Assembly (NCBI GenBank): GCA_910587355.1
Contig: CAJUKF010000009.1
Coordinates: 3,308-67,307, forward strand
Length of the DNA: 64,000 bases
Direction: 5' to 3'
DNA from: an uncultured Muribaculaceae bacterium
GTDB taxonomy: Bacteria > Bacteroidota > Bacteroidia > Bacteroidales > Muribaculaceae
The position numbers were made by a program, and so were the translations under genes. Below, in pieces: positions 62,580 through 64,000 of this stretch (the stretch's first letter is position 1; the number at the start of each line of letters is the position of its first letter). The notes beneath the pieces were generated by a model. It worked only from the letters and a program-made list of their open reading frames with translations. It had not been told where the DNA came from and did no database searches.

Positions 62580-62849
62580 TTACGCCTGTTCGGTAACTTC
62601 GGGGTCGACGTTGATGAACTTGCGGCCGTTGCGGCCTGCGGAGAAGCGAACTGTACCGCTTACGAGAGCGTAGAGGGTATGGTCTTTGCCTATGCCTACG
62701 TTCTGACCTGGATGGTGAACGGTGCCACGCTGACGTTTAAGAATGTTGCCTGCTTTGGCGTACTGGCCGCCAAAGATTTTTACACCGAGTCGTTTGCTTT
62801 CTGACTCACGGCCGTTCTTAGAACTACCGACGCCTTTTTTATGTGCCAT
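62580..62849 (-). CDS. rpmA: 50S ribosomal protein L27
   Basis: [24 protein letters not shown]...RQRGT..HPG.NVG.GKDHTL. Confidence 0.98.
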   Translation of the reverse strand: MAHKKGVGSSKNGRESESKRLGVKIFGGQYAKAGNILKRQRGTVHHPGQNVGIGKDHTLYALVSGTVRFSAGRNGRKFINVDPEVTEQA

Positions 62850-62887
62850 AGTGTGTTCTTGTGTTTTTTAGGAGTGAGACAGATTGT

Positions 62888-63208
62888 TTAAGCCTGGATG
62901 TCTTTGATGACAACCTTTGTGAAATACTGACGATGGCCGTTTTTGCGGCGGTAGTCATTGCGGCGCTTTTTCTTGAACACAATCACCTTGTCGCCTTTTA
63001 CGAGGCTTTCGGCTACTTCGCATACAACTTTGGCTCCGTCTACAACGGGTGCGCCTACCTTTACTTCGCCGTCATTGTCGGCAAGGAGAACGCGGTCGAA
63101 CTCGACTGTGTCACCTTCTTTTACATTCTCGCCCAGATAGTGTACATAGAGAAAACGGTCTTTCTCTGCTTTGAACTGCTGGCCCTGGATTTCTACGATT
63201 ACGTACAT
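62888..63208 (-). CDS. rplU: 50S ribosomal protein L21
   Basis: [13 protein letters not shown]...[21 protein letters not shown]; -7 element TACCTTTG at 63302-63309 (-). Confidence 0.98.
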   Translation of the reverse strand: MYVIVEIQGQQFKAEKDRFLYVHYLGENVKEGDTVEFDRVLLADNDGEVKVGAPVVDGAKVVCEVAESLVKGDKVIVFKKKRRNDYRRKNGHRQYFTKVVIKDIQA

Positions 63209-63436
63209 TTAAAACTTATTGTTTAAGTTAACCCGCTGAGGCGGAGTGCGTTGTCCATTGTCGCCCTCTCTTCTTCTGGCCTATTGCGGAAATTCAGCCC
63301 ACAAAGGTACAAATTTTTCTTCACTCCGCAAAATATATTTGCAGGCAGTATTAGTGAAATTTGTGAATATCGGGCCTGAGTCCGTGTCTTGGGAAAATTT
63401 CGTAATTTTGCAGTGTAAAAAGTTTGATTTAGGTAA

Positions 63437-64000
63437 ATGAGAGAAGCTGCAGTCAGCGTTGATTTGAAATCACGGATTATCGGATTTTTATGGCAGCATG
63501 TGTTGCTGTTTGTTTCACTTTTTGTAATGACTGCCGGTGTGGCGCTGTGTGTGCGTTCGGCATTGGGCAGCAGTGTTATTTCAACCATTCCCTATGTGAT
63601 GACTGAAGCCGGAACGGCTTCTATGGCCCCCGGTCTGACTATCGGCCAGTATACATATCTGATGAACTTTATTCTCGTGATTGCCCAGATAATAGTACTT
63701 CGGCGCAAGTTTGAGGCCGTGCAGTTGTTTCAGCTTGTAATCGGTTTTGCTTTCGGCGGGCTGCTCGACGTGAACATGGCCTTGACGACAGGAATGGTCG
63801 GTGACGGATTGCTGTCAAAAATAATGGCACAGTTTATCGGATGCACTATTTTAGGCATCGGAATAGCTTTTGAAGTCCGCTGCGGGTCGGTGACAATGCC
63901 CGGCGAAGGTATGCCTGTGGCACTGACGCGTGTGACTGAGCTTCCTTTCCCCAAGGCGAAAATCATAGTCGACATCTCCCTTGTGGTCATTGCCGTAATA
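63437..64000 (+). CDS. YczE/YyaS/YitT-like (DUF6198) membrane protein, 3'-truncated by the window edge
   Basis: Not in the ORF track because it has no stop. ATG at 63437 reads MREAAVSVDLKSRIIGFLWQHVLLFVSLFVMTAGVALCVRSALGSSVISTIPYV...TIG.YT...MPGEG; -7 element TAATTTTG at 63403. Confidence 0.8.
   Translation, partial: MREAAVSVDLKSRIIGFLWQHVLLFVSLFVMTAGVALCVRSALGSSVISTIPYVMTEAGTASMAPGLTIGQYTYLMNFILVIAQIIVLRRKFEAVQLFQLVIGFAFGGLLDVNMALTTGMVGDGLLSKIMAQFIGCTILGIGIAFEVRCGSVTMPGEGMPVALTRVTELPFPKAKIIVDISLVVIAVI

Noticed and set aside
62730..62745. L27 reads GNILKRQRG rather than the usual GNI(I/L)VRQRG
   Set aside because: A single substitution in an otherwise normal gene; it cannot be told apart from lineage variation or a sequencing error.

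Overview
This is a 64 kb chromosomal window from a Bacteroidales bacterium. Gene content, TAnnTTTG promoter elements and several type IX secretion (T9SS) cargo proteins point to a Muribaculaceae-like gut lineage (inference). Left to right it holds: (1) the decayed edge of a defence island (partial YhcG/DUF1016, an hsdR-like C-terminal remnant, a frameshifted rhuM-like remnant); (2) a CAZyme cluster lacking SusC/SusD (GtaA/DUF4965-like lipoprotein, GH76 with a T9SS tail, GH29, ricin-GH2), then a candidate minus-strand sRNA and a sugar O-acetyltransferase; (3) an AT-rich restriction-modification cassette (C5 methyltransferase with a ~190 aa insertion plus an MvaI/BcnI-family endonuclease) bounded by a 10 bp direct repeat and preceded by a structured leader; (4) housekeeping genes (recX, prmC, obgE, rodA, mrdA, mreDCB, purH, mfd, SUI1, ribH, SIS/PfkB pair, prmA, fur-like, purA, DUF1015, 2-oxoacid:ferredoxin oxidoreductase); (5) a REP-doublet element; (6) a TlpA / DUF6029 / Omp28 / T9SS-cargo cluster in which each operon member carries a cysteine pair, the best candidate for an undescribed system (a possible thiol-redox relay to the cell surface); (7) membrane pyrophosphatase, PepO, ABC-F, S1/P1 nuclease, rpmA, rplU and a truncated YczE-like membrane gene. 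I saw no tRNA, rRNA, CRISPR array, integrase or transposase. All family calls come from motif recognition by eye, not database searches.
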